Shown here: positions 10,424-21,640 of the stretch, one piece after another
Numbering within the stretch: position 1 is the first letter of the stretch
Layout of the letters: the number at the start of each line of letters is the position of its first letter
Assembly: GCA_043228905.1 (NCBI GenBank)
Contig: JBHGNT010000010.1
Location: forward strand, 10,664,001 to 10,728,000
Direction: 5' to 3'
DNA: 64,000 bases
DNA from: Azolla caroliniana
Taxonomy: Eukaryota; Plantae; Polypodiophyta
Notes under the pieces: model-generated
Databases searched by the model: none
The model's input: only the letters and a program-made list of their open reading frames with translations
What the model was told of the DNA's origin: nothing
Made by a program: the position numbers and the translations under genes

Positions 10424-11355
10424 TGTCGGGGTAGTTGTGGTTCGTGCGGCAAAGTCGCGGGGACTAAGGTTAAGGGGAGTTGAAGAAACTTAACTTTTAA
10501 TAAGGCTTGTATGGTGATGATAGAATGGTTAAGGATAGTAAGAAGAAGAGTTACGAGTAATGTGTGTGTGTATGTGTGAGGGAGAGAGAGAGACAAGCAT
10601 AGATAAAAGATAGAGACAATGTATGATCCAAGAAAGAAGATCGAGACAAAGTATGGTTCTAGAAAGAAGATTGAGACAAAGTATGATTCAAGGAACAAGA
10701 GTATATGATATAAACATGATGTATATTAAAAATATAATATTTTACCAACTTTACAATCCTTGACCGCAAACTGAACACATTCTCTATCGACCCTTGATTT
10801 GAACCCACGACCTCAACTTCGAAACGAGAGGTTCTCCACCCAATGAGCTAGTCTTCTTTAATTGATTGTATTATTTTCTCACTCTCTCTTGATTCCTTTT
10901 TTGTTTTCCTTTCCTCTCTTTTTATAAGTATTTCCATGCATATGGTAATGTCATGCATGTAATGCATGAGTTACATCTGATGCATGATCGCCATTTGGCG
11001 CACATGCATTGCATGTGATGCATGATAGCCATCATGCTCATTTGAGCTCCCATGTATTGGGATAAGTATAATGATGGATATAACCCTAAAACAAATAACC
11101 TAGCTTAGTGGTGTATGGTTTGTGCTTGATATACAAGGTTGAGGGTTCAAGTCCCTCAATTTTACTTAATACAATATATAGCTTCATTCTTATATCATGA
11201 AGCACATTTATTACACACTTTTACAAATAAATAGCCTAGCCTAGTGGTATGTATATTGTACATCGTATATAAGGATGTGGGTTCAAGTCTCTCAAATATT
11301 ATTAAATACAACATTTAAGCTCATTTTTATATCGTGAAGCACATTCTTCACGACA
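10424..11355 (-). repeat. 3' LTR of G
   Basis: Direct repeat of 16955-17886; contains 3x30-bp tandem (~10612-10700), RY cluster and tRNA-like modules. Confidence 0.96.
11101..11160 (+). other. tRNA-like Pol III A-box/B-box module in the G LTR (others at 11237-11295 + and 10791-10850 -; add 6531 for the 5' LTR)
   Basis: A box TAGCTTAGTGG; anticodon-like arm TTGTG-CTTGATA-TACAA; T arm TTGAGGG-TTCAAGT-CCCTCAA followed by TTTT; no acceptor stem. Confidence 0.6.
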
Positions 11356-14300
11356 CCCACCCCCTCTGAACTTGCACATTGGTTGTGCAGAGTTCATCCA
11401 ACACTTCTTCCGATTCTTTTAGTTCTTCTACTTCTTCATAAAATTCAGGCTCTAATGACTCCCTCCTTTTAAATATTTTAATCCTTTTTCCTGCAATTGG
11501 GATACGAATTTCTGTCCCATCTAATTCATTGAGGAAATATGTGGCTTTATCTGTTATTTTCCTAACTTCATAAGGTCCAAACCATCTTTTTGCAAACTTC
11601 CGAATAGTACTGTATTGATTATCTAGGCTATTATCATATACTAATACCCAATCTCCCTCTTGCACCTTTCTTGGTCGTATTCTTTTCATCTTGTCAAATC
11701 TGTCCTTATTCTTGATTCTTGCCTCTTTCAATCTAGTAGCTGCTTTTTCTATGTCTTCTATCCTTGATTGAAGTTGTCGTATTCGAACCGCAAGTAAATC
11801 TTCCCTACTCATTTCCGATTCCCAAGGCAACACAGCCCATGTAGTTATCTTTTCTTCAATTGGCATTATTGGCTTCTGTCCTGTGATTAATTCTGCAGGC
11901 ATATATCCAGTAACAGTGCTGTGAGTTGTCCTATCAGCCCATAGTGCATAGGGTAAGGTTTTTGGCCAATCACTAACCCGTCCTCTACATGCCTTTGCCA
12001 AAGCTTTGACTATGGGCCCATGTCCCCTTTCTACCTTTCCATTAGCTTCTGGATTGTACGCCGTTGTCAAAGAAAGCCGAACTCCTATTTTGTCGAAAAA
12101 ATCTTGAGCTTCCGCAGAATTGAGTTCTCCCCTATCTGCCACTATCTTCCCGATACATCCATATCTACAAACAATGTCCTCTAAGATGAATTGACATACT
12201 CCTAATGTCCCTTTTGTTCTCAATGAACGACCTTCCACTTGATTTGTTAAATCTTCTCTAGCAAGAACCAAGTATCTCTTTTGTCCTACTCCAAGTGGCA
12301 TTGTTACCAAATCTATCATCCACTTGTAATGCACCCCCGGTGAGTATGTTGGGTGTAATTCATCACAAAATTTTACATTTGAATAATATTGACAAGTGGG
12401 ACAAGTTTCCACATACTTTTTTATTTGCTCATAGTATCGAGGCCACCAAAATCGTTCTTTAATCTTACTGAAAGTGGCCCACACTCCTCGATGACCAGCC
12501 CATTCTTTGTCATGCAGCTCTTTAATTATCTCCTTTCTTTGCCCTTCAGAACCTATTACTCTTTGCGGGTTTCCAGTCTTGGTTTTCGGATGTCGCCATA
12601 GATATCCTTCATGCAGGAAGAACTTATGGGCTTTCTTGCGAAACTGTGCGAACTCTTTTCCAGATCGACCTTTGTACTTGTCAGGGGTTTGTAGGTATTT
12701 CCCTATTTCCTTGAATTCTTCTTCATACTCCTCTTCTAGAAACTGCATTCCTCCTTCCCGAGTAATGCTTGTGGTAAGGACTGTTTGTTCTTTGTCCTCA
12801 TCGTCTGAGTCTGGAATCTCCTCTTCCTCATACCTTGCTCTTGATAACATATCTGCTACTGCATTTCTATTCCCAGAGATATGTCGAACTTCAGGGTTGA
12901 TTGATCTAATATAGATACACCATCTTAACATGGCTTGATCTGGAATATCACAATTAGCTATGATACCCAGAATAGGCAAACAATCTGTTTCTATTATTAC
13001 TTCAGCACCAATTAAGTAATCTCTGTCTGTCTTTACAGCTGTTACTATCCCCCATAGCTCTCTTTTCACCTGTGCATATTTTCTTTGTCGACCACTAAGA
13101 ACCTTTGCCCCGAATCGGACTGGATACCTTTCTTCCCTATCTTGTTGGCTTATCACCCATCCAATTCCAATGGGACTAGAGTCTACTGTGAGATATATGG
13201 GCCGGGTGTAGTCTGGTTGCTTTAATGGTGGAGCTTGTGCCAAGTAGTACTTCAATTTCTTCATTGCCTCTGAATGCTCTTCACTCCATTCAAATGTCTC
13301 TCCTTTTCTTAGGAGTCTATATAAAGGTTCAGATAAATGGGCATAATGCGGAATCCATTTACAGTAAAAAACACATACCCCCAGAAACCTTCGTACTTCT
13401 GAGATGGATGTACATTCCTCTTGCATATTTTGAATTGCATTGACCTTGGTTGGGGATGGCTTTCTCCCATACGGGCCACACATATGACCAACTATTAATA
13501 TCTCTTTTGCCCCAAATATTGACTTCGCCCCTGATAAGGTCAAATGCACTTCTTCCATCCTTGATAGCACCTTCTCACAATCCTTGATATGATCAGCAAC
13601 GAATTGACGGCAACCACTTTCATCCAATTCCTCGTTCTTCTCTTCCTCCTTGCATCCCTTAATTGGAACATCATCTAGAAAAGGCATTGTAATATGAGGA
13701 ATAAAATCACGAAGTACCTTGTTCATTCCATTCATCATATGCGCCACTGAGTTGGTCGCTCCTTGCGGCAAGGTGCACATCCGTACTAACCCTATAGGTG
13801 TCTTGATAGAAGTTATATCTCGACTTTTGATAGCAAGTTGAAATTGATCATACCCGGAATAAAGGTCTCCCATTGAATATATAGCTCTTCCTGCAAACAT
13901 CTCAGCAAACTCATCCACAATTGGCCCTACTCCCGAGTTTCGGATTGTTACCTTATTCACGGGTTGCATATCTTGGATAAATCGGAGTCGCCCATCTTTC
14001 TTTAACACAATGAACCATCGACTCGAGTAAGGAGCGTTCGATGGTTCCAAGATACCCATCCTTATCTTTTCTTTCAAAAGTTCTAATAGTTGAGGGATTC
14101 TAGCCCTAGGCATGGGTATTGGCTTAAAGTTCCATGGAATATGAGGGATAGTGAATATAACCATGGGCTCCACAATTTCTGGATCCACACACCCTATTTC
14201 CTCCGGTTGGAATGCAAACGCCTTTCCATGCCTTTTTAACATCTCCCTGAACTGCTTTTCTTCAGCGGGTAATAGGAAGTCACCCCCTCCTATTTTCATC

Positions 14301-14599
14301 CCTTGTATTGTTTCCGGAGTAAACACATGTCCTACCTTTCGTGGGTCTCTGATCATTGGCTCTGTGGCTGCTTCTTTGATTGCCTTTTCACTATCCCCTG
14401 GAAGTGGAGCAGCAATAGGACGAACCTTCTTCTCCACTGTCTTGTACTTTGTTAGTACATGTGCTTCATGATCCTTTCGAGCAACTTCTTCAATGACCTC
14501 ATACATCTTGATTGAATGGACAGGAACTTGGAATTCGTTGTCTTCTTCCATTGCTTCCAAATGAGTTATTGTATCTTCAAAACTTAATTCTTCAAACAT
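11348..14599 (-). CDS. pol: Element G pol (RT-RNase H-integrase); stop codon lies inside the 3' LTR
   Basis: 1083-aa ORF with FLDD, RH, HHCC/DDE, WFGPY; clearly homologous to A/D pol. Confidence 0.92.
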   Translation of the reverse strand: MFEELSFEDTITHLEAMEEDNEFQVPVHSIKMYEVIEEVARKDHEAHVLTKYKTVEKKVRPIAAPLPGDSEKAIKEAATEPMIRDPRKVGHVFTPETIQGMKIGGGDFLLPAEEKQFREMLKRHGKAFAFQPEEIGCVDPEIVEPMVIFTIPHIPWNFKPIPMPRARIPQLLELLKEKIRMGILEPSNAPYSSRWFIVLKKDGRLRFIQDMQPVNKVTIRNSGVGPIVDEFAEMFAGRAIYSMGDLYSGYDQFQLAIKSRDITSIKTPIGLVRMCTLPQGATNSVAHMMNGMNKVLRDFIPHITMPFLDDVPIKGCKEEEKNEELDESGCRQFVADHIKDCEKVLSRMEEVHLTLSGAKSIFGAKEILIVGHMCGPYGRKPSPTKVNAIQNMQEECTSISEVRRFLGVCVFYCKWIPHYAHLSEPLYRLLRKGETFEWSEEHSEAMKKLKYYLAQAPPLKQPDYTRPIYLTVDSSPIGIGWVISQQDREERYPVRFGAKVLSGRQRKYAQVKRELWGIVTAVKTDRDYLIGAEVIIETDCLPILGIIANCDIPDQAMLRWCIYIRSINPEVRHISGNRNAVADMLSRARYEEEEIPDSDDEDKEQTVLTTSITREGGMQFLEEEYEEEFKEIGKYLQTPDKYKGRSGKEFAQFRKKAHKFFLHEGYLWRHPKTKTGNPQRVIGSEGQRKEIIKELHDKEWAGHRGVWATFSKIKERFWWPRYYEQIKKYVETCPTCQYYSNVKFCDELHPTYSPGVHYKWMIDLVTMPLGVGQKRYLVLAREDLTNQVEGRSLRTKGTLGVCQFILEDIVCRYGCIGKIVADRGELNSAEAQDFFDKIGVRLSLTTAYNPEANGKVERGHGPIVKALAKACRGRVSDWPKTLPYALWADRTTHSTVTGYMPAELITGQKPIMPIEEKITTWAVLPWESEMSREDLLAVRIRQLQSRIEDIEKAATRLKEARIKNKDRFDKMKRIRPRKVQEGDWVLVYDNSLDNQYSTIRKFAKRWFGPYEVRKITDKATYFLNELDGTEIRIPIAGKRIKIFKRRESLEPEFYEEVEELKESEEVLDELCTTNVQVQRGWVS

Positions 14600-14800
14600 A
14601 TCCTGAATTTCTTCATCATCATCTATTAATCCAGAACACTTAAAGTACTCGAAAGCATTGTATTTTATTATTATTTACTTTTAGTATAAAAGTAGCACCA
14701 TTAGATGAGATTGTACAAGGAATATCTTTATTTACATTATTATTTATGGGGTTTTCTTTTATGCTCGGGCTATCACAGCCCCTACCTGTAAAAGCCCTAT

Positions 14801-16915
14801 CTAAAAATCCTGGGAAAACTCTTCATCCATCTCTTGAATTGGATGTTCCCTCAAGCATTCTTTGTTTCTTTCATGGTTGGGCCTCACGGTTAAGAATTGG
14901 ACAGTCTTTCTTCCATCTTGACTCTTGATTCTCGCGAAAGCCGAACCATCATCAATAACCTTTGTTTCCATCCTCACTGCGGTGATGTAGGGCTGGCCAA
15001 GGATGACGGGGTAGGTTGATCGATCCTGCACAAAGAAATTTTGATTCACCGAGACATCACCAATTGTTACCTTCACACTAGGACATGCTCCGAATAGATC
15101 CTCCGTAGTTTCTGTGGCAGCTCTTATTTTCCACCCATGATTCTTGTCGATCGGCCATCGTCCTCGAGCGTAAAATTCCGATGACATCATGTTAATCTCT
15201 GATCCATGATCGATCAAAGCAATACATGGAATTTGCTGCTCCCCAATTTTTGCAGGTGCCTCCGTTGTTGCTCGAGCCCAATGGTCCCTTGTATAGTGAC
15301 TCCTATCCCCTTCATGGACGCCAACATCATTCTGGTTTTTTACACTTGCAGCATTGATGGTGCCACCATACAAATCTTGGAGTGTTGCTACACACCCTCC
15401 CATAATTTCCTCCGTCACCTGTCTCTTCCTTCTAATAATATCTATGATAACTTCATGAAATTCTTTCTTTGCTATACCCAACACTTCTCTTAAAGTAAAT
15501 TCTACCTTACTATTTAATATTCTTGTTTCTAGTACCTTTTTTATATCCGTCGTTGTTTCTATGTCTGAGGCAAGCTTGAAAGATGGGCCTGTCTTTCCTT
15601 TTACTTTATCAGCTTCCTTCGGCTCAATAGCACCCTTTTCCATCTCCCTTCTCTTTTGTTCTCGTGTCTCATGTCTCTTTGTCGGATCAGCTTCCTCAGC
15701 TCTCTTCCGCTTCTCTTCCACTAGCACATCTTGTGCATTCACTTGGGCGAATGCTGATAGCGCGTCTACTGGATCATTCCATCCAGTGAAGTTTCGTATT
15801 TCATCTCCCGCTCTTTTTAATTCATCCACTCGAACCTTCCCTTTTCTTGCATAATCCATCACATCTTGCCAAAAGCCAGATCCACCATATGAGTCTTCTA
15901 CGCGCAATCCTAAGGTTGCCACGGATTGTATCGCTTGAGTCGTTTCTCTCTCGGCATCTTCCATTAGCCTTTTCATTCCTCCTCGCCCGAAGTTGAGTTG
16001 AAGTGGTTGTCGAGTCTCAGTTGAGTGAATCTTGCCATCTTGATAGTAGATTTTATTATGATTAAGAGCATCCCTATGCTCTTGACAATCTTTCTTCTGG
16101 TGGTCGATACTATCACACCACATACACCTTCGGACCATTCCACCTCCCTGCCTTGATGAAGTCGAGCTTTGTCCCGATTCTAGCTTCGTCACTTTGATCG
16201 ACAAGTCTTTCATGCCTTTCACTAATTCTTGTAAGAGTGATTCTTCTACTTTCTTTTCTCCCGACTCGTTCCCCGTTTCTTCATCATTTCTGTCGGGCAA
16301 CTCCATAAACCATAACTTTCTTTTGCAGAAATGGGCGCACGCCCTTTTCACCTCCTCCCAATCTTCGGTAAGTCCACTTGGACTATTCTGATCTTCTAAA
16401 AGCATTCCCAAGTCCTTCCTGTATTTAATATTAGTAGCTTGTAGAAACAATATTACTTTATCTGGCACTATTATATTTCTATCTCTAACATTTAGTTGCT
16501 CAAATCTTTCAGAAAACTCTTTTAATACTTCCAAAACAGTTAAATGTTTATTAGACTCTACCCAATCCATGAAAGCTCGCCTTGTCATCCTTGACATATC
16601 GTTGAGGTTGTATTCATTGAGTAATGCCCTTTCGAATGTTGTCCATGTCTGATTCTCCCTTTGGAGCTCTTGGATCCTCTCTTGTAGCCCAATCGCAGCG
16701 ACTCGACTAAAGCTATTAATTTTTGTAGCTTCGTCGACACCGCGTTTAAGCATTTCTTCATTATAAATCTTCAGAAATCTTGTTAAATTTATACCTTCGA
16801 AGATTCCTACTCGTGCGAGAATATTGTCGACGGCTTTGTCGATGCTTGCCATCATCCCTTGTTCCCGCATCACTCGTTCCATCATCATACACATAAGCCT
16901 CATTTGCTCCTCCAT
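14801..16915 (-). CDS. gag: Element G Gag-protease (Gag, zinc knuckle, DUF4100-like segment, aspartic protease)
   Basis: CMWCDSIDHQKKDC knuckle; VEFTLREVLGIAKKEFH block; ALIDHGSEIN and VILGQPY protease motifs; ATG 17 nt after the PBS. Confidence 0.92.
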   Translation of the reverse strand: MEEQMRLMCMMMERVMREQGMMASIDKAVDNILARVGIFEGINLTRFLKIYNEEMLKRGVDEATKINSFSRVAAIGLQERIQELQRENQTWTTFERALLNEYNLNDMSRMTRRAFMDWVESNKHLTVLEVLKEFSERFEQLNVRDRNIIVPDKVILFLQATNIKYRKDLGMLLEDQNSPSGLTEDWEEVKRACAHFCKRKLWFMELPDRNDEETGNESGEKKVEESLLQELVKGMKDLSIKVTKLESGQSSTSSRQGGGMVRRCMWCDSIDHQKKDCQEHRDALNHNKIYYQDGKIHSTETRQPLQLNFGRGGMKRLMEDAERETTQAIQSVATLGLRVEDSYGGSGFWQDVMDYARKGKVRVDELKRAGDEIRNFTGWNDPVDALSAFAQVNAQDVLVEEKRKRAEEADPTKRHETREQKRREMEKGAIEPKEADKVKGKTGPSFKLASDIETTTDIKKVLETRILNSKVEFTLREVLGIAKKEFHEVIIDIIRRKRQVTEEIMGGCVATLQDLYGGTINAASVKNQNDVGVHEGDRSHYTRDHWARATTEAPAKIGEQQIPCIALIDHGSEINMMSSEFYARGRWPIDKNHGWKIRAATETTEDLFGACPSVKVTIGDVSVNQNFFVQDRSTYPVILGQPYITAVRMETKVIDDGSAFARIKSQDGRKTVQFLTVRPNHERNKECLREHPIQEMDEEFSQDF

Positions 16916-16932
16916 TTCTCCTCGTCGCCGCC

Positions 16933-16950
16933 TTCACGTCGGGTTCACCA
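16933..16950 (-). promoter_or_regulatory. PBS of G, complementary to tRNA-Trp
   Basis: Plus strand ttcacgtcgggttcacca matches the 3' 18 nt of plant cytosolic tRNA-Trp as I recall it. Confidence 0.85.
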
Positions 16951-16954
16951 AATG

Positions 16955-17886
16955 TGTCGGGGTAGTTGTGGTTCGTGCGGCAAAGTCGCGGGGACTAAGG
17001 TTAAGGGGAGTTGAAGAAACTTAACTTTTAATAAGGCTTGTATGGTGATGATAGAATGGTTAAGGATAGTAAGAAGAAGAGTTACGAGTAATGTGTGTGT
17101 GTATGTGTGAGGGAGAGAGAGAGACAAGCATAGATAAAAGATAGAGACAATGTATGATCCAAGAAAGAAGATCGAGACAAAGTATGGTTCTAGAAAGAAG
17201 ATTGAGACAAAGTATGATTCAAGGAACAAGAGTATATGATATAAACATGATGTATATTAAAAATATAATATTTTACCAACTTTACAATCCTTGACCGCAA
17301 ACTGAACACATTCTCTATCGACCCTTGATTTGAACCCACGACCTCAACTTCGAAACGAGAGGTTCTCCACCCAATGAGCTAGTCTTCTTTAATTGATTGT
17401 ATTATTTTCTCACTCTCTCTTGATTCCTTTTTTGTTTTCCTTTCCTCTCTTTTTATAAGTATTTCCATGCATATGGTAATGTCATGCATGTAATGCATGA
17501 GTTACATCTGATGCATGATCGCCATTTGGCGCACATGCATTGCATGTGATGCATGATAGCCATCATGCTCATTTGAGCTCCCATGTATTGGGATAAGTAT
17601 AATGATGGATATAACCCTAAAACAAATAACCTAGCTTAGTGGTGTATGGTTTGTGCTTGATATACAAGGTTGAGGGTTCAAGTCCCTCAATTTTACTTAA
17701 TACAATATATAGCTTCATTCTTATATCATGAAGCACATTTATTACACACTTTTACAAATAAATAGCCTAGCCTAGTGGTATGTATATTGTACATCGTATA
17801 TAAGGATGTGGGTTCAAGTCTCTCAAATATTATTAAATACAACATTTAAGCTCATTTTTATATCGTGAAGCACATTCTTCACGACA
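16955..17886 (-). repeat. 5' LTR of G
   Basis: Adjacent to the PBS; TGTCG/CGACA termini. Confidence 0.96.
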
Positions 17887-20800
17887 ACGCAACCGTCTTC
17901 TGCAGCCTCGACTGCCACGAAACAGCTCCCCCTGCATACGTCATCACATACCCTAATGTGGACCGGCTGGTATCTACATCAGCCGACATATCCGAATCGG
18001 TAAAGCCGTCGAGTTCGGGCTTACCGGAGCCGAATCGGAGGCACACGTTTGTCGTGCCCTTCAGGTATCGGAGTATCCACTTGACCGCGTTCCAGTGCTC
18101 CTTGCCGGGATTGCTCATGTACCGGCTCACCACTCCGACTGCGTATCCTATGTCCGGTCTTGTACACACCATTGCGTACATCAAGCTTCCGATGGCAGAG
18201 GCATATGGTACTTTCATCATGTCCTCTTTCTCAGCCTTTGTCTTGGGGCTTTGCTTGCTGGACAACTTGCAGTTTGGCGGGAGAGTTGATCCGACCGGTC
18301 TTGCTTCCGACATGTTGAACCGGTGAAGCACCTTTGTTACGTACTTCTCCTGTGACAGCCACAACTGCTTCTTCTTCCGGTCCCGGATGATGTGCATCCC
18401 TAGTATTTGCCTCGCCGGACCCAGGTCCTTCATTGAGAAGGTTTGGTGAAGCGCTTTCTTCAGTGTCCGTATCTTGACCTGGTCCCGTCCGACGATCAAC
18501 ATGTCGTCCACGTATAGGAGGAGTATTAGAGAGTCTCCTCCTTTGAACTTCTTCACAAACACGCAGTGATCGGACTGCGTTTTGTGGTACCCTTCGTCGG
18601 TCATGAAGGAGTCGAACTTCCGGTACCATTGCCGGGGAGCCTGCTTCAGTCCGTAAAGACTCTTCTTCAACCGGCATACCAGGTGCTCCTTCCCTTTCTT
18701 CTCGAATCCTTCCGGTTGCTGCATGTAGATCTCTTCTTCGAGGTCACCGTGAAGGAATGCCGTCTTCACGTCCATCTGTTCTACCTCGAGGTCCATGCTT
18801 GCCGCTATGCTCAGCACCGTCCGGATAGAGGTCATCTTCACTACCGGGGCAAATATCTCGTCGAAATCGACGCCCTTCTTTTGCTGGAACCCCTTCACCA
18901 CGATCCTGGCTTTGTATCTCGGGGGGTTTCCGGCATCTCCCGGTTTCAGCTTGAACACCCACTTGTTTCGTAGTGCCCGCTTTCCTTTTGGCAACTCCAC
19001 AAGTTCATATGTGTGGTTCTCATGCAGGGAATCCATCTCGTCCTGCATGGCACTCAACCACCTGCGGCTCTGGGTGTCATGCTTTGCTTCTTCAAAGCTC
19101 TCCGGCTCCCCCTCGTCGGTTAGCAGCACGTGCTCTGGTTCCGGAAATCTCCGGGGGACCCTTCTCTCTCTTAGAGGATATCTCCGTTCCGGAGCTTCGG
19201 TAACCGGTTCTTCCGATTCTTCTTCATCCGAATCCATTTCGGGATCGGGGCCGGTTCCGGTATCATTTTCATCTTCTTCGGCCGGTTCTGTTTCTTCATA
19301 GTCTTCGGCCGGATCCTCGAGTGTTAACCGGTCCCTTGCCGGTCGGGACTGCTCCTCGTAGAGTTGATTCTCACCGGTCGACTTGGAGCTCTTCATCTTC
19401 TTCTCCGACTCCCAGTCGGCGAGTGTCTTGTCCTCCATGAAGATGATGTCTCGACTCCTGAATATCTTCTTGTCGACCGGGTCCCATACTCGGTAGCCAA
19501 ACTCGTCGTCGCCGTAACCGAGGAATATGCATGGCCGGGTCTTTGGATCTAGCTTTCCTCTCCGGTCCTTTGCCACATGCACGTATGCGAGACACCCGAA
19601 CACCTTCAGATGCCGGTAGGACACTTCCTTACCGGTCCACACTTTCTGCGGCGTGTCTCCGTCCAAAGGTACTGAGGGTGATCTATTTATCACATACGTC
19701 GCCGTCGACATTGCCTCAGCCCAAAATCCCTTGGGTAATTTTGCATGCGCCAGCATACTCCGGACCCTCTCCATTATGGTCCGGTTCATCCTCTCGGCCA
19801 GCCCGTTCAGTTCCGGCGTCTTCGGCACAGTAAACTCGAGCCGGATTCCCTTCGAGCGACAGTACTCCTGGAACTGCCCCCGGTATTCCCCTCCGTTATC
19901 CGCTCGTATCGCTTTCAGCTTCTTGCCGGATTCCCTTTCCACTCTCGCGTGGAGTTCTTTGAAGACGGACAATACTTGGTCCTTTGTCTTCAACGGTGCC
20001 GTCCACAACTTCCGGCTATGGTCATCTATGAATGTTACGAAGTATTGGGCTCCGCCATGTGACTTCGTTTCTACCTGACACACATCAGTGTGCACCAACT
20101 CCAATGGTACACTACGTCTCGTCGGTGGCCTTGAGTGGAAGGAGGTCCGGTTTTGCTTACCGGCCAGGCAGTCGGTGCACTTCTCCAGGTGCACATGCTT
20201 CACCGGAATAAGGTTGTCTTCTGCAAGCCTCTTCATCCCCTTCTCACTCATGTGGCACAGTCTCTTGTGCCACAGCTCACCGGCAGTGTCGGCTGCCACG
20301 TTCAGCTCTTCCGGACATAACCGGGCATTCATCAGGTACAGTGTGTTGACCTTCCGGGCCCGAGCCACTATCAGGCTCCCTTTGCTGAACTTCATGACAC
20401 CGTTCCGGATGCTGCCCGTGTAGCCTTCATCGTCTAGCCTCCCGGCCGAAATCAGGTTCAATCGGACCTCCGGAACATGTCGCACATCCTTCAGCAGCAT
20501 CTTGCATCCGGTTGATGTCATCAGCCACACGTCTCCTATGCCGGCAATCCGGCATGTGCCTTCATTTCCCATCCGGACACAGCCGTGCTCACCGGCTGTG
20601 TAGGATGAGAAGTATTTCTTCTCCGGGGTCAGGTGGAACGACGCTCCGGAATCGACCACCCAGGTCATCTCTTCACCGGCAAGGTTCAGCTCCCTCTCTT
20701 CGGTAATGAGCATTATCTCTTCTTCACTTGCCGCGAGTGCCGTCGTTCCTTTCCGGTCCTGCCCTCGCCGATCCGGACCTCTCCGGTCCGTGGCTCCCCG

Positions 20801-21610
20801 GTATGCACCGTTTCTCTCCGGTGACTTCTTCGAATCGGTGTCGTCGGCTCCGTTGTCCTTTCGGTAATGCCGACAATTCTTCCGGAAGTGCCCCGGCTTC
20901 CCACAGTGGAAGCACGTGGGCCTTCCTCTTGACTGCGACCGGGTCCCCGACTTCTCCCGTCTTTGCGGACTCCGGTTCCATTGTCTTCCCCGTTCCGATT
21001 CGGTAAGCAGCGCCTTCGAGTCGGAGGCCGGTTCTTTATCTCTCCGACGCGCTTCTTCATTCAAAATACTTGTCTTTACCGTTTGTAGGGACAAGTTATC
21101 TTCCGTGCAGGAGGTGCTGAGTGTCACCACCAAGTTCTCCCAGCTTTCCGGCAATGTACACATCAGAATGATGGCTTGCATTGCATCCTCCAACGGGAAC
21201 TTGATCGCCGCAAGCTGGTTCACGAATCCCATGAACGTGCTCACGTGTTCCACCATATTCTCGCCGTCCCGGTACTTGAGGTTCACTATCTTCCTCATCA
21301 GGGAGGTCCGGTTCAACGCATTCTTCCTCTCGTAGAGGCCCGACAGCTTCTTCCACATCTCATATGCGTTGGTGTCGTTCGCCACATGTTGCAGAACACT
21401 TACATCTACATATTGCTGGATCGTCGCTACGGCTTTCCGGTTCAGGAGCTTCCACTCCGACTCTATTACCCCCTTGGGTATCTCGGCATTGTCGATCGGT
21501 TCGTACAGGTCTCGGACGATGAGGAGGTCTTCCATCTTTATCTTCCAGTGGGCGTAGTTCTGTGAGTTCAACACCATCATGCCCGGAGGCCCACTACCGC
21601 CGCCTTCCAT
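17887..21610 (-). CDS. Copia E Gag-PR-INT-RT-(RH) polyprotein, truncated by G
   Basis: CFHCGKPGHFRKNC, WVVDSGAS, WHKRLCH, ADNGGEY, NGLAER, YVDD; highly similar to Tnt1. Confidence 0.93.
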
Positions 21611-21640
21611 TTTCTGTGTTACCGTGCTCTGATACCAGTT

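Larger units (their letters stand above)
10424..17886 (-). mobile_element. Element G: AT-rich Phygy-like Gypsy, full length (7463 bp), very recent
   Basis: 932-bp LTRs 10424-11355 and 16955-17886 with no difference seen; 4-bp TSD ACGC (10420-10423, 17887-17890); tRNA-Trp PBS; PPT agagggggtggg 11356-11367. Confidence 0.97.

Noticed and set aside
11101-11160. Genuine tRNA-Ser(TGA) gene
   Set aside because: No acceptor stem or long variable arm and a poor D arm; kept only as a tRNA-like module
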